Positions 51,752 through 64,000 of a DNA stretch of 64,000 bases are shown piece after piece (the first letter of the stretch is position 1; the number at the start of each line of letters is the position of its first letter). The stretch spans positions 21,886,001 through 21,950,000 of the forward strand of contig OX597827.1 in assembly GCA_951406725.2 (NCBI GenBank), read 5' to 3'. A program made the translations under genes and the position numbers. This DNA is from Octopus vulgaris. Its lineage: Eukaryota. Below the pieces are notes generated by a model. That model was not told the DNA's origin, made no database searches, and saw only the letters and a list, made by a program, of their open reading frames with translations.

Positions 51752-52297
51752 TACTCTCACACACGTGTATACACCTGTAGTGGGTCTTCTTTGTAGACAC
51801 CTACAAACAATATATATATGTAAGTACATGAGTGAGTGTGTTGTTGCATGTATGTATGTCTGTATGTTCATACTGTGACACATCTCCAGGTTGTAGATTA
51901 AATTGATCGAAATACTAATTAAACTGATGAATTTGTATGTAGAAAATTAACTGCAACAGATACATACGAACTAATTAACTTAATTAGACTATTTAGAAAT
52001 TGTTTGTCCCTCTAATAAACACACACACACACTCTCACACTACCTCTTCACATACACACCTATGCATGCAGGTATACTTAGATCAATAAATAATTGCTCA
52101 TAATCTTTTCCAACAATTTTATTGCCATCAGGGCTTAATTTTAGGCAAACTTATTTCATTTCACACCACCAGTTAACATCAAATTCCCTCTAAGTTCTAT
52201 TGTTCATGAATGTTTTAGGCACCTATGAGGACATATGTGTATGCGTGTGTAGCCAGTATCTCAGAAACGTATTTAGATTAACAAGGTTACAATAACT

Positions 52298-52732
52298 GGA
52301 TCTTTTCGGTTTGAACGGCAGTTTTTAACATAATTTCTAGGTAACTAAAAAATTTTAAACTTCGTATACTGGTAGAATGTGTTTATAAAACATCTTTTTC
52401 TCTTGGCTTTATTGAGAAAATTCTATAGTTTGTAAGATATTTGTTGCTTTTTTTCTTCAATTTCTGCAATTTCAACCAATCAAACATGTCTATTGAGGTA
52501 AAAAAAACATTCTATGCCGTATGGATATTTCCCTCGTTTAAGAAACAGATTGGGTTTATTTACATTTGTGAAGAAAAAAAGATACCCTTCCCTCCACCCC
52601 TAACCCTAACCCTAACTAAACTTAACCCTAAAACAGATTGAAATGCAATAGATCGATACTAGGGTCATAATTATGGGTGACAATTTCATATGACACCACT
52701 AGAAAAAACTGTCGTTCAAACCGAAAAGATCC
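52298..52732 (+). mobile_element. Merlin-like MITE, copy 3
   Basis: Same TIRs; TSD CAATAACT at 52290-52297 and 52733-52740. Confidence 0.9.
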
Positions 52733-52779
52733 CAATAACTTGTAGGTTGACTGCTATCCAGGTTTAATTTAGAAAGGTT

Positions 52780-53697
52780 AGATGCAGATATGGTTTGAGT
52801 ACAGGCTTTAATAGAGTTTCTGTTAAAAATTATGTAATACTTATGTTCTTGAATAATTTGAAAAACAATTTGACGGCTGAGGTCACAACAGCTAGGTTTA
52901 AAGGAGAATTATACCAATTAATACTCCATCTCCTATTCTCTTTTTTCTTTTTCTTTGGAGGATTGTTGTGATACATGTTGAGTGTAAAAGATAATTCCTC
53001 TTCAAAATCATTTGTTGATAGAAATTCATCAAAGTCCCAGAATAGCTCAGCAAAAATGTACTCGTTAGCTGAAAGGTTACCCAGTCTGAAAGAAACATTT
53101 TTCATTAAATTATCAATATTTTTAGAATGGCAGGAATGTTGTGTATGTAGTTCATAGATTCATTTTAACAGAAAGGATAGAAGGAAAAGCTTATTAAGTA
53201 TAAGGTAACATGCAGAGCTCGTATGGTACACGAGCACCATACGAGCATGATCGTTACCAGCCTCACCTTACTGGCACTTGTGCCCTGTGCTAGTAGGGTG
53301 CTAAGAGCACCATCTGAGCGTGATCGTTGCCAGAGCGGCTAACTGGCTTCTGTGCCGGTGGCATGTAGGAGGCACCATTCGAGTGGGATCGTTACCAGCA
53401 TCGCCTTACTGGCACCTGTGCCGTTGGCATATGTAAAGAAATTCGAGCAAGGTCGTAGCCAGTAATGCCTGTCTGGCTCAAAAAATTCAAGCGAGGTCGT
53501 TGCCAGTACCGCCTGACTGGCCCCCGTGCCGGTGGCACGTAAAAGCACCCACTACACTTTCAGAGTGGTTGGCATTAGGAAGGGCATCCAGCTGTAGAAA
53601 CTCTGCTAGATCAAGACTGGAGCTTGGTGCAGCCGTGGTTCACTAGCCCACAGTCAAACCGTCCAACCCATGCTAGCATGGAAAGCGGACGTTAAAC

Positions 53698-53731
<34 letters not shown>

Positions 53732-54100
53732 CAGAAAGGTCACTTTGATTAAGATAGTTTATGATAACGAGTAATGAGAAGTTCTTGAAGAAAATATGTA
53801 GGTTTTTTTTTTTAATATCTTTGTATTTATTTTATTGCTTCACATAGTTTGCTTTTGTTTGCTGCAGTATTATATTGCAAAATGATTATTGAAGATAAGT
53901 TATTTCCATTTAAGACATGCAAACTTGCCAAACAAGTGATTTGATCTGAGAACACATTTTGGAACGAAACTATCTTGCAGCAAAGACAGCTTGTATCAGA
54001 CATTGAAAAACACACAAAAACTTGTTGACTTCTTTCAAGCCTTTGTTATTTGACACCAAATAATTAAGGTTTGAGCAAATTAAACAAGTTCGTGTGTTTT
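52780..54100 (-). mobile_element. Second, highly decayed Penelope-like element, split by an RTE insertion
   Basis: RLGNLSANEYIF and RRWSINWYNSPLNLAVVTSAVKLFFKL resemble the PLE 'IIWFNPP..VKTNIG..FL.L' block. VTFLHVTLYLN is rebuilt across the insertion. Confidence 0.55.
53217..53728 (+). mobile_element. 5'-truncated RTE insertion with 7-bp TSD
   Basis: ATGCAGA at 53210-53216 and 53729-53735; about five tandem sub-repeats; (GAT)n tail. Confidence 0.85.
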
Positions 54101-54214
54101 GAATGGATAATAGGTTTCTCCCACTAGATTGCTGCTTGCATAAGTGTTTTGTACTACAGCCCTGGGCCAACCAAAACCTTGTGGGTGGATTTGGTTGACT
54201 GAAAGAAGCCTTTC

Positions 54215-54254
<40 letters not shown>

Positions 54255-54506
54255 CTTTGTATTTGTGTTTGTCCTCACCATTACTTGACTGTCGGTGCTG
54301 GTTTGTTTACATCCCTGTAATATATTGGTTCAGCAACAAAAGATCAATAGAATAAGTACTAAACTTTAAAAAAAAATAATGTTATCAATTTGTTCAACCC
54401 TTCAAGGCAGTGCCCCAGCATAGCTGCAGTCCAATGACTGAAACAAGTAAAAGATAAAAGATGTATATATACAGGGAAGAGGGTGCTTTTGGGGTATTGC
54501 AAAAGG

Positions 54507-54545
54507 TCTTTCCGATGAAGAGCTATTGCTTGAAACATTAACAAC
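54507..54545 (+). ncRNA. Degenerate minimal hammerhead motif
   Basis: CCGATGA-A-GAGC-tatt-GCTT-GAAA-CA-TT; the downstream flank resembles that of the 20002 motif. Confidence 0.4.
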
Positions 54546-55649
54546 TCTCTCCTTTTACTGAGTGTCATATTAATATATTTCTTGTGCATGTCCTCACGTC
54601 CATTTTTTCCTCTTTCACTCTGTTCTTTAATTGTTTGTTCTTTGATTTGTCATGTGAAGACAAACTTTGGGTTCTTTTATTGACTTTAAAAGGATTAAAG
54701 TCAAATTTGATTGCAAAGCGATTTGAACTCAGAACACAAGGGACTGCAACAAACGCCACAAAGTATTTTATCTAACATTCTAATGGTTCTACCTGTGTTA
54801 GGAATGATTGGTAAACATTTATTAGACAAAATAATCCTTAAATTCTCGGAAGTAACACACCTTTATGGAATTATAATCTAGCAGAATTAGGAAACTTTAA
54901 ATGAAACCTGATTTCAAAGACATCTAAAGGATTATTATTTGTTAATCCTTCCTACTCATTTAATTCATTTAATTAACTCATTTAATATGATAAAATTATC
55001 CTCATTCAACCCATACCAGCATGATATATGATTAACTTTGAAGGGTAGAGGAAATCATGGCACATTTTAACAAATCTATCTCGATTAAAAAAGAAAAAAT
55101 TCAAACATTTTATTCCATACGGATTTGGGAGCTGACACATGACCTAAAAAAAAAAAGTTTGCACATGTAGGAAGCCTTTATAAAGATGATAGTCTTTTTG
55201 TTTCTGAATAACTGTAAACCAGATAGAAAACTATTGTGGAAGGATTCTGACCACCCCTCAAGTGACTAAAAGGTGGACTGACTCATTGTTATAAAACAAA
55301 GAACTGTCAGCAATTGGCAGTTCATGTTGGTAAAGCAGTTCACTATCAGTCATGGTATAAAGCTTTGAGTCTTGTGTGATGTTAATATTACTGCATCATG
55401 TATATACTTTCTTCCCCACTGATTTGTCATATATATATATATATATATACATACATATCCAATACAAGGATATAAAAGTGGTGATGAGTTGGTCAAAGCT
55501 TGCATTGGACATTCACAATTTTTTTGGAGTATGAAACCAATGTAAAAATCATTTTAACATGAAAGATGTATTGGCCTCTGTGATGCAGTTGCAACAGTAA
55601 CTACAGCAGCAGCAACTGCATCAGCATCAGCACCAACTACAACAACAAT

Positions 55650-57080
55650 AACAACAACAAAACCAACAGTTGCTGGAATTAATGTTGAAGAAGTCTGAAA
55701 ATACTTCAGGTCCTTCCTCGCCAGACAGCGTAACAAACTCAATTGCAAATGCAAACTCAAATGCAACCCAGAAAAAGGTACAACCTTCTCTGACTTGTAG
55801 ATATGAAGAAATCTTCAAAGGAGAATGTAAAAGTTGGTCTGACAAGGAAAAAATAGGAAAGTACAACTACTTTTATAAAAGTTATCTCCTGCTGAACATG
55901 AAAAATATTATATTCTGCTGAAGAAGCCAGGTGAGATTTGTTTCAATGAAACAATTAACATTTTATCAAAAATTTTCAGTGAAAGAAGTTCCCTGTTCAA
56001 AACTCACAGACAATGCTTAAATTTGGTCAAAAAAGATGATGAAAATTTTGTCACCTATGCGAGAGCGGTTAACAGAATGTGTGAGAAATTCAAATTGAAT
56101 GAGTTAACCCTGGACATGTTCAGGTCATTAATTTTTGTTCAAGGGCTTACTGCAAATGAAGATGCAGATATACATTCCCAGATATTAACAAACTTAGAAC
56201 AGGACCAAAATTTAACTGTACAGGCAGTGGCAGAAGAATGTCAGAGGATTATTAATCTATGACATGATGGAAATAAATTTGAAGAGAAAGATTGTTCTCA
56301 TATTCAAGCATGTCAACCAGTAGCAAATAAGAAAATAGATATAAAAATGTCAAGACTGAAACCACGTTTTAGGTGTATTGATCTACGGTTTAAAAATAAC
56401 TGTTGAAAAATATAAAATGCTACCAGTGTGGTAAAATAGGTCATAAAGAGTTGCATTGTAGGACAGAACCTACAAACACTGATCAACAGAGAAAAACCAC
56501 ATAAACAGATAAAGAAATGACAAAAAAAATATGAACGAGCCTCAAAGAAAATTTATGTTTGTAAAAATTAATTACACAAACATAAAGTTACAATTGGATA
56601 CAGACAGTGATATCTCAATAATTAACACAGAAAAAGGTCAGGAGACCTAGATTAAATGAAACCTTGAAAATTGCCTGTAGTGTTTCAGGAAAAAAATCAT
56701 ATTCCATGGGTGAATTGACAAGTAACATTACATTTCATTAAAAAACTCTAAAGGCTAAAATTTTTGTGTTAAATAATACAACAAACTTGTTCTGTACTGA
56801 CTGAATGGAATTGTTTAATTTATGGGACTTCCTCATAAATCTTTTTTGTAAAAAATGTAGATGGTTTTTCCTCAACTACAAATAAGTCATTAGACAAAAC
56901 AAGAAAAACCTTTTTTTAGATTTTCCTGAAGTTCTGTCCAATAAACTAGGCCTGTGTACCAAAAACAAAGGCACAGTTTCAAAGACAAGAAAATGCTATA
57001 CTGACATTTAAGCAAAAATGAACTGTACCGTTCACAGTGTTAGAACAGGTAAGCTTAGAGTTAGAGAGAATTCCATATCA
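55650..57080 (+). mobile_element. Ty3/Gypsy gag-protease remnant
   Basis: Gag block FVTYARAVNRMCEKFKL..LIFVQGL, zinc knuckle CYQCGKIGHKELHC, protease LQLDTDSDISIIN, and a VPFTVLEQVSLELER linker; many stops. Confidence 0.85.
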
Positions 57081-57100
57081 GTCTTAAGAAAAAATTCACA

Positions 57101-57306
57101 GAAAAAATAGTCATGAGAAATGAAATTCCATAGGGTTGCCCAGGGTTTCAGGTCCATAAAGTGCTTGGCTTTACATATGTCACATCAGACCCTAATGACC
57201 AGTGGACACCAGTCATTAGGGTCTGACAAGATATATGTAAAGCTATAGGCACTTTATGGACCTGAAACCCAGAGTAACCCTACGAATCAGCCATAACTAT
57301 TTTTTC
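57101..57306. repeat. Fold-back element (~95-bp arms)
   Basis: gggtttcaggtccataaagtgc..tcagaccctaatgac / gtcattagggtctga..gcactttatggacctgaaaccc. Confidence 0.9.
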
Positions 57307-57865
57307 TAAATCCTCTTCTGCTCTCTAACTGAGAGTGTGCTACTCTTTCAGATTGATCATGTAAAGCACACACACACACACATATGCACACACACACACA
57401 CACATATGCACACACAAAAGCACATACACAAACACATACACAAACGCATGCACACAAACACACACATACACACACACACACATACACAAACACACAAACG
57501 CACACACACGCAAACATACACACACACACACAAACACACACACAAACGCACACACACAAACACACACACACACGTGTGTATATGATAAATTGATTGTACA
57601 TTTCCATTTTGATCCTCTCTCATACCTGCTCCAATTACAAACAGAGGTGTGTAAACCAGTTTCTAGAAATGATTGCTGCTGCTGATGTCCCTGTCTCTGG
57701 CTCATTAATATGTCAACCTATCAGGATTAACTGTCCCAGGCTCTTTCTGCTGCTGCTGCTGCTACTATTGAATGTTTGTATTTACCAAAACAATACTAAG
57801 ACACACGGGGCCCTGAGAAAACTGGATTTATATCACTGGTTAATCTTGAATTGTTACTAGGCAAA

Positions 57866-57916
<51 letters not shown>

Positions 57917-58169
57917 TGTGTCTGTCTGTGTCTGTGTATGTGTGAATATATATATACACATAGAGACACACACACACTCATACACACACACACACACACA
58001 CATACATTTGGCTGTGTGGTCAAGAAGTTTGCTTCCCTGCCACATGATTCAGGTTCAATTCCACAGTATGGCACCTTGAGCAACTTCCACTACTTCCAAC
58101 CAAGTCTTATGAGTGGGTTTGGTAACAGGAAACTAAAAGAAGCCCATCATAGCAACACATCAATACAAA

Positions 58170-58271
<102 letters not shown>

Positions 58272-58615
58272 CAACAACCTCGAACCCACAAGAGTAAACA
58301 AGAGAGACAGAGACAGGCAGAAATAAAGAGAACGCCCCTTGTATTTGAACACAAATATTTTTTTTTTAACTTTTCTTTTAATTTTTCTAAATTTAATTGT
58401 TTAATTGTTACAGTTGAAAAAGTCTCAATGACTGAAACCGGTTTTGAAATGTTTTTTGTAAAATTATTTTAGCATTATCTATCTTGACTTTTTTCCATAT
58501 ATATATATATATATATAGGTATATAGGGAGAGTTTACGAAAAGAACAAAAGACAAAAACAGGTGGTGTACAAAACAAACAGATGTATTAGTATAATGCTC
58601 AGGAATAGAAAAAGT

Positions 58616-58651
58616 CTTTTACGTTTCGAGCCTACGCTCTTCTACAGAAAG
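58616..58651 (-). ncRNA. Minimal hammerhead-like motif, same family as 17021
   Basis: Minus strand cttt-CTGTAGA-A-GAGC-gtag-GCTC-GAAA-CG-TA-aaag, within repeat 58523-58715. Confidence 0.55.
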
Positions 58652-59277
58652 GGGCACAGAAAAAACAAGGAGAGAAACAAGGAGAGAAAAAAATGTGTGT
58701 AGTGGCTAACGATCTTTCGAGTGTTAGGCCTCACAGAGACAATGACAAGAGACCGAAACCTTTGGAGAGATATGCTATGATAAAGTGAGATCACAGCCGT
58801 AGCCTACACCAGTGTTGCATAACCAACCCATTTAAAAGTAGCCTTGAATCATCGGGTGATACGCTGCACTTGAGAAGACATAATTGAGTCAAGTGAAATC
58901 AGAAATCAAAATCAAGATCAAAATGGAAATTGTAGTTGTGGCCGATGCCAGTGCTGCCTGACTGGCTCCTGTGCCAGTGGCACATAAAAAGCACCATTCA
59001 AGTGAGATCGATGTCAGTACTGCCTGACTGGCCCTCGTGCCGGTGACATCTAAAAAGCACCTACTACACTCCTGGAGTGGATGGCATTAGGAAGAGCATC
59101 AAGCTGTAGAAATATTACCAGATCAGATTGGGGCCTGGTGCAGCCTCCTGGCTTGGCAGTCCCCAGTCAAATCCATGCCAGCATGGAAAACAGATGCTAA
59201 ATGATGATGATGATGACGATGTATATGTATATATATATATATAAATCTAAAATTAGGGAATGATGCTGATAAAATCC

Positions 59278-59362
59278 AAGCCACATCTGTTCCATAGCTA
59301 GCAGAACCTCAGAAGTAGTAATTATCCAGACGAGGGGTAATCTGCTAGCTACTCGTCAGACC
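59278..59362 (-). ncRNA. Hammerhead-like motif with extended stem II
   Basis: Minus strand CTGACGA-GTAGCTAGCAGA-(35 nt)-TCTGCTAGCTAT-GGAA-CAGATGT, next to (TA)n. Confidence 0.5.
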
Positions 59363-59459
59363 AAAGATACCTTAATCGAATGAAGTTACTTTGTCATCAA
59401 GGGATCCCATGTTAACTTGTAGGAGATTCGATTGAAGATATTAGCTGGAATGGCATCAA

Positions 59460-59683
59460 GCTGTAGAGTGGCAACAGGTTGTAGAGTGGCACTGGGCTGT
59501 AGAGTGGCACTGGGCTGTAGAGTGGCACGAGGCTGTAGAGTGACACAAGGCTGTTGAGTGGCACAAGGCTGTAGAGTGGCATTGGGCTGTAGAGTGGCAC
59601 GAGGCTGTAGAGTGGCACGAGGCTGTAGAGTGGCACGAGGCTGTTGAGTGGCACGAGGCTGTTGAGTGGCACAAGGCTGTAGA
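59460..59683. repeat. 18-bp minisatellite, ~12.4 units (GCTGTAGAGTGGCACGAG)
   Basis: Direct tandem units; variation is concentrated in the last 3-4 bases. Confidence 0.95.
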
Positions 59684-61231
59684 AGAAATGCCTCAACGAA
59701 TTCTCTCAGACTTTTGTAAACATAGAAAAGTGGACAATCAAAAGCCATAATTATATATATAAATGCGTAGGTGCAGGTGTGGTTGAGTGATGAGAAGTTT
59801 GCTTCCCAAGCACATGGTTCTGGGTTCAGTCCTATTGTGTGGCAGCTGGGGCAAGTGTCTTCTTCAACAGCCCTGGGCTGACAAAGCCATGTAAGTGGAT
59901 TTGGTAGACAAAAACTGAAAGAAGCCCATCGCATACTTACATGCTTGTGTGTGTGCATTTCTCTCCTACCACTGCTTGACAATCAGCATTGGTGTGTTTA
60001 CGTCCCCATAACTCAGCAGTTTGGCAAAAGAGGTTGATAAAATATGTACCCGACTTTAAAAAAAAAATAAGTACTGAGTTTGATTGATTTGACCAAAATT
60101 CTTCAAGGCAGTGCCCCAGCATGGCCACAATCTAATGACTGAAACAAGTAACAGATGAAAGCTATATCAAACTGTTAGAATGGTTAAGGAAAATTCTGGA
60201 AAGAGTTGCAGCTTGATTTATACTAGAGTAAGACGAGAGAAGATGCCATGAGTAAGGTGAGAGCTAATAATGAGTTTAGTGTGCAGGTAGGAGTTCACCA
60301 AGGCTTTGTTCTCTGTCCACTCTTATTCATCATATGTGTGTATGTTTGGTATTAGATATGATGATGAATCAAGGTTAGGTTCTCGTAGCTTGATAAGAGA
60401 ATAAGTAAAAATATATTAAAACAGTTCGAGCTATTTTAAAACATAATTTGTGGAGTTCAAAGGTAGGTTCCAATATCTAACTTATATCATTCCAAGAATG
60501 ATTTCATGTGAACAGTTGGAAGAATCAATGTATTTTCATACTTTTTTCTTCATTGTCACAGCTGACCATCGAGTTGATAAAGTGTTTATAGATCAAAGAT
60601 GTGATGTATGATATCTCTGACAAAAACAGTTATTTCTTAATACTCCTCCATTCTGTAACAGAGGGTTTAAGATTAGGTGCCCATGAGAATTCCTTTGTGC
60701 TGAAGACCTTGTTATTATGGCTGGATCTGTGGTAGAATTAGAAAAGAAATTTCAGTGGGTAGAAGTGAAATCAAAAGGGATCAAAAGGGCTCAAAGTTAA
60801 CTTAGTAAAGACCAAAGTTTTAATAAGTAGAAAAACAGATAGGAATTTGCAACCATCAAGGAAGGGGCCTTGTTTGATACGTAGAAAAAGAATAGTTAGA
60901 AATTCTGTACAGCTGACCCAACGCAAAGTATAGAGATGCAAAAGATGCAGTAGGGGCCACAAGAAGGTTAACAAAGAAAGTAGACTTTTATGTGGCAGAT
61001 GCTTGGAAGCAATAAACATTGATTTCATATTTTAAAGGAGAGGGGACTGGTCAGTTACATTGACCCCAGTGTTCAACCTGTACTTATACTATTGACCCCG
61101 AAAGGATGAAAAGTGAAGTCAACCTCAGCAGAATTTGAACTCAGAACATAAAATGGATGAAATGTTGTTAAGCATTTTGCCTGGCATACTAAGGAGTCTA
61201 ACCCTTTGCAGCTTTATCCTTCCTTGCTATA

Positions 61232-61628
61232 TCTATATATATATAAAGTGAAGTTGTGTGAGTGTCTGTCTCCTACGATTTAGATTCCTAACTACTCCCA
61301 CATTTTGCGGTGCAGTTTAACCAAAACCGGGTATCTTATAGTCGTGATTCATATCAAGCCCGTCTGGGTATTAGCGTGCGTCTATGATGAGTCTACGATA
61401 TTAAAAATAATTTACCATAATTTTTTTCCATTTTAACGCATATTTTTTAAATAAAGGGAAGTAACTCTCTAAAAATGTCTACGATGAGTCAACGATTTTA
61501 AAAAAAATTTACCATACTTTTTTTTCCCTTTTTAATGCATTTTTTGCTATTTTTTGGCTATAACTCTCTAAAAATGCTTTATAGTTATTTCCCTTACAAA
61601 CCCGAGCAACGCCGGGCGATACTGCTAG
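61232..61628 (+). mobile_element. Non-autonomous Helitron
   Basis: A|TCTATATATATATAAAGTGAAGTTGT start, subterminal hairpin CCCGagcaacgcCGGG (61601-61616), CTAG|T end; internal tandem duplication. Confidence 0.85.
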
Positions 61629-62629
61629 TTGACCATAAAAAAAGGTGTAAGCCAGACATAATGTGGGTGTGTCACAAAGATATAAAATGGCTGTCATGAC
61701 AAGTTAAATAAACACACAGCATGGCTGTTCTGATACGGAACAAAACAAATATTGATGAAAAACATTGAGGAGAAAAGAAAAAAAAACGTGTTTTATTTGA
61801 AAATCAACTACTTATGGTGAGTTTTGACCAGAACGTAAACTTGGATTGTTTAAATTGGTTGGTGATGACATATTCAATAAATTCTATTTGTATAATGCTT
61901 GATGCAGAGATAAGGAAGCTACGCTAGAAACAAGAAAATATATTGATTGAGTCGAGAAAGGAAGGAGATATGGAAGGAGTAAAGGTGGTTGATAATCACC
62001 TGTCAAAGATGAGGTATTAGTGATTAAGTGGTGATTAATAATTGTTTGTATCCTGTTACAGGTATTTTCTGTATTTTTGGAGAAGATAAAAATTAACCAA
62101 TAGTTTACAACCTGAATTTATCAGTTCTCAGTTCCATAAAATATCAAAACGGTTTTATTACATTTTAATTTATGGGTCTTATTAAATGAATATATTGTCT
62201 AATAATTTTAAACAAACTGAATGGCAGTCATTGAGACCAGGCAATAAATACTGACATTAGAGGTGGTGTCATCATCATCATCATTACTGTCATCATCATT
62301 AATATGTCTGCTTTATTTTTCTGGTGAAACCTAATTCACTAAGACTCCCTGAGATACACTTTACAAAGACAAAGAACCATTACTTAAAGACAGACAATGC
62401 AGCAGAATCTGTCGGTACCACATAGAGTGTTTCAGGCTTTTAATGCATGTTCCGTACCAACAATTACAATTTCATTAAATTAAATTAAAGTGTGGATAAT
62501 CCAAGATGAATGTTAATTGGATTTAATAAATTTCCAGTGAGATTAAGGAAAGCACACAGAGGTAAGGGTTTTTACGAGTGTTCATATCAACAGTAACATG
62601 TAGGAATTATGGCATCTCCAGGAGACTCA

Positions 62630-63200
62630 CTTATTGCTATTGTTATTAATACAGAAACAGAACTGAATAGGGGCCATCGGTTCAGTTACTTGGAGTACAT
62701 TCCCTCATGTGATGCTAAGATCAATAAAAAGGAAGGCAACAGATCAGCAAAAGTAAACAGCACAGTTGGTGGACTTTACAAAAGAATCAGGAACAGCAAG
62801 CACCTGAGGAAAGACAGAAAGCTAAGTGTAGGGGCCAACAGGGCAGGATTGTGTTTCCATGAAAGAGAATCGTTGTCTGTCCTGACTTATGGTGCTGTGA
62901 GGTGAACTCACCAATGATGGCAGCAAACAGAATGTGCAAAGACACTCTGAAGAAATCTTTTGGTGCTTGTCACATTGATCCTTGTGGTTTAGTATAGCTT
63001 TGAAGTATGAAGTTTACTGATATGTCTTCCATTAATCTGTTCCCTATCTCTGAAAACAAAATCAAAAATTGCTGAGGAAGAACAGTGACACAGCAACACT
63101 AAAACCTGGTCAGACTTTCCCTTAAAGTTGTGTCTGCTGCCAATGAGCAGGCAATAAATATGGACCATGCCCTTCAGGAACCTTCATGCATGAAACCAAG
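62630..63200 (+). mobile_element. BovB-like RTE remnant
   Basis: FSYLEYIPSCDAKINKKEGNRSAKVNSTVGGLYKRIRNSKHLRKDRKLSV resembles the RTE 'FTYLGS..D.EI.NRLAKA.SAFGRL.KRVW' block. Confidence 0.65.
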
Positions 63201-64000
63201 CAATGAAATATATTTACGTAAAATTATACGCAGTAACATGACAATATACACCCTATACATGCTCTTCAGCAAGCAATATGTTCTGTTCTGGTCCCTTCCT
63301 TCATACCTTAGCCTCTCATATTTTAGCATAAAGTCCCCTCCCACTCTGCTGACCCTACCCAGTTGAAAGGGATCTCAGTCTTGCAAGCTGCATGGTGACC
63401 TCACTAGGGCTTGTGCAACAAAACAAAAGCGCCCAGTTGGCATTAGGGAGGACAGCCAGCTGTAGAAACCTTATTGAAACTGGCACTGGAGTGGCTGACT
63501 CCTCATAAACAGGTCATTCTATGCGTAGAAAACCAGTTAAAAAACAATGGTGATCAAAATCATGTCCCTGCCTCAAAAAACAAAAAAGAACAGAAGAAAT
63601 GAGCCTGTTTATCATTAAAGGCATTCCACCAAGCCATCGTTTGAAGGTGTGTAAAACTACTTTATTATCTAATGTTGCCATTCTTTAGACAAGCTTGTGA
63701 AGTGGAAAACTTGGCTGTTATTTTCAGTGGATGTGCAACCAGTTAGCAGCCATTGCTTTGTTTCTTTCATATGAGAACAGATAATGAGGGCAGGTGTTGA
63801 CATGTTTGAATAACTACCTGCCCCACATTGTAGGAGATATCAAAGGAATGCCAAGGACTTAGTTTGAAAGCCACATCAAATATTTATGTCTTTGTTATTT
63901 AAACTCCGTCCATCAACCTTAATCATGCAGATCTGAAACCGAAGTCATTCAGGCTATGACCATCCCATATGTTCTCCCACACAGGATATCTAGAATTACA

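Noticed and set aside
59386-59982. 198-aa ORF with LQPRAT repeats
   Set aside because: The N-terminal half is an antisense SINE and the rest is a minisatellite; no splice or homology support.

Overview
AT-rich, microsatellite-dense animal genomic DNA. I recognise the repeat families as Octopus-like (coleoid cephalopod), which is recognition and not a database result. One host protein-coding gene is supported: a + strand sphingolipid delta(4)-desaturase/C4-hydroxylase (DEGS1/DES family). It has two coding exons (23255-23715 and 33279-33870, 350 aa, all three His boxes), a 9.6-kb phase-2 intron and at least one unlocated upstream exon. The rest is nested mobile DNA: RTE LINE 3' ends with (ATG)n tails, R4/Dong, CR1, BovB-like RTE, two Penelope-like elements, a Gypsy gag-pol remnant, a solo LTR, mariner remnants, Merlin-, hAT-, piggyBac- and Tigger-like MITEs, non-autonomous Helitrons and several tRNA-derived SINE families. 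Five signals stand out. (1) Short inserts next to (TA)n tracts carry minimal hammerhead-ribozyme motifs and/or fold-back palindromes, including a family-wide non-canonical core and a long-stem-II variant. (2) A repeat carrying CCAAT plus a heat-shock element occurs three times around the putative promoter. (3) The DEGS protein has lost the usual N-terminal MG start and gained a 21-aa extension. (4) There is a candidate recursive splice site or 7-nt micro-exon. (5) An inverted (GAA)n/(TTC)n duplication lies inside a piggyBac-type MITE. Most ORFs in the supplied track are microsatellite artefacts. Repeat boundaries are read by eye and are approximate unless TSDs are given.
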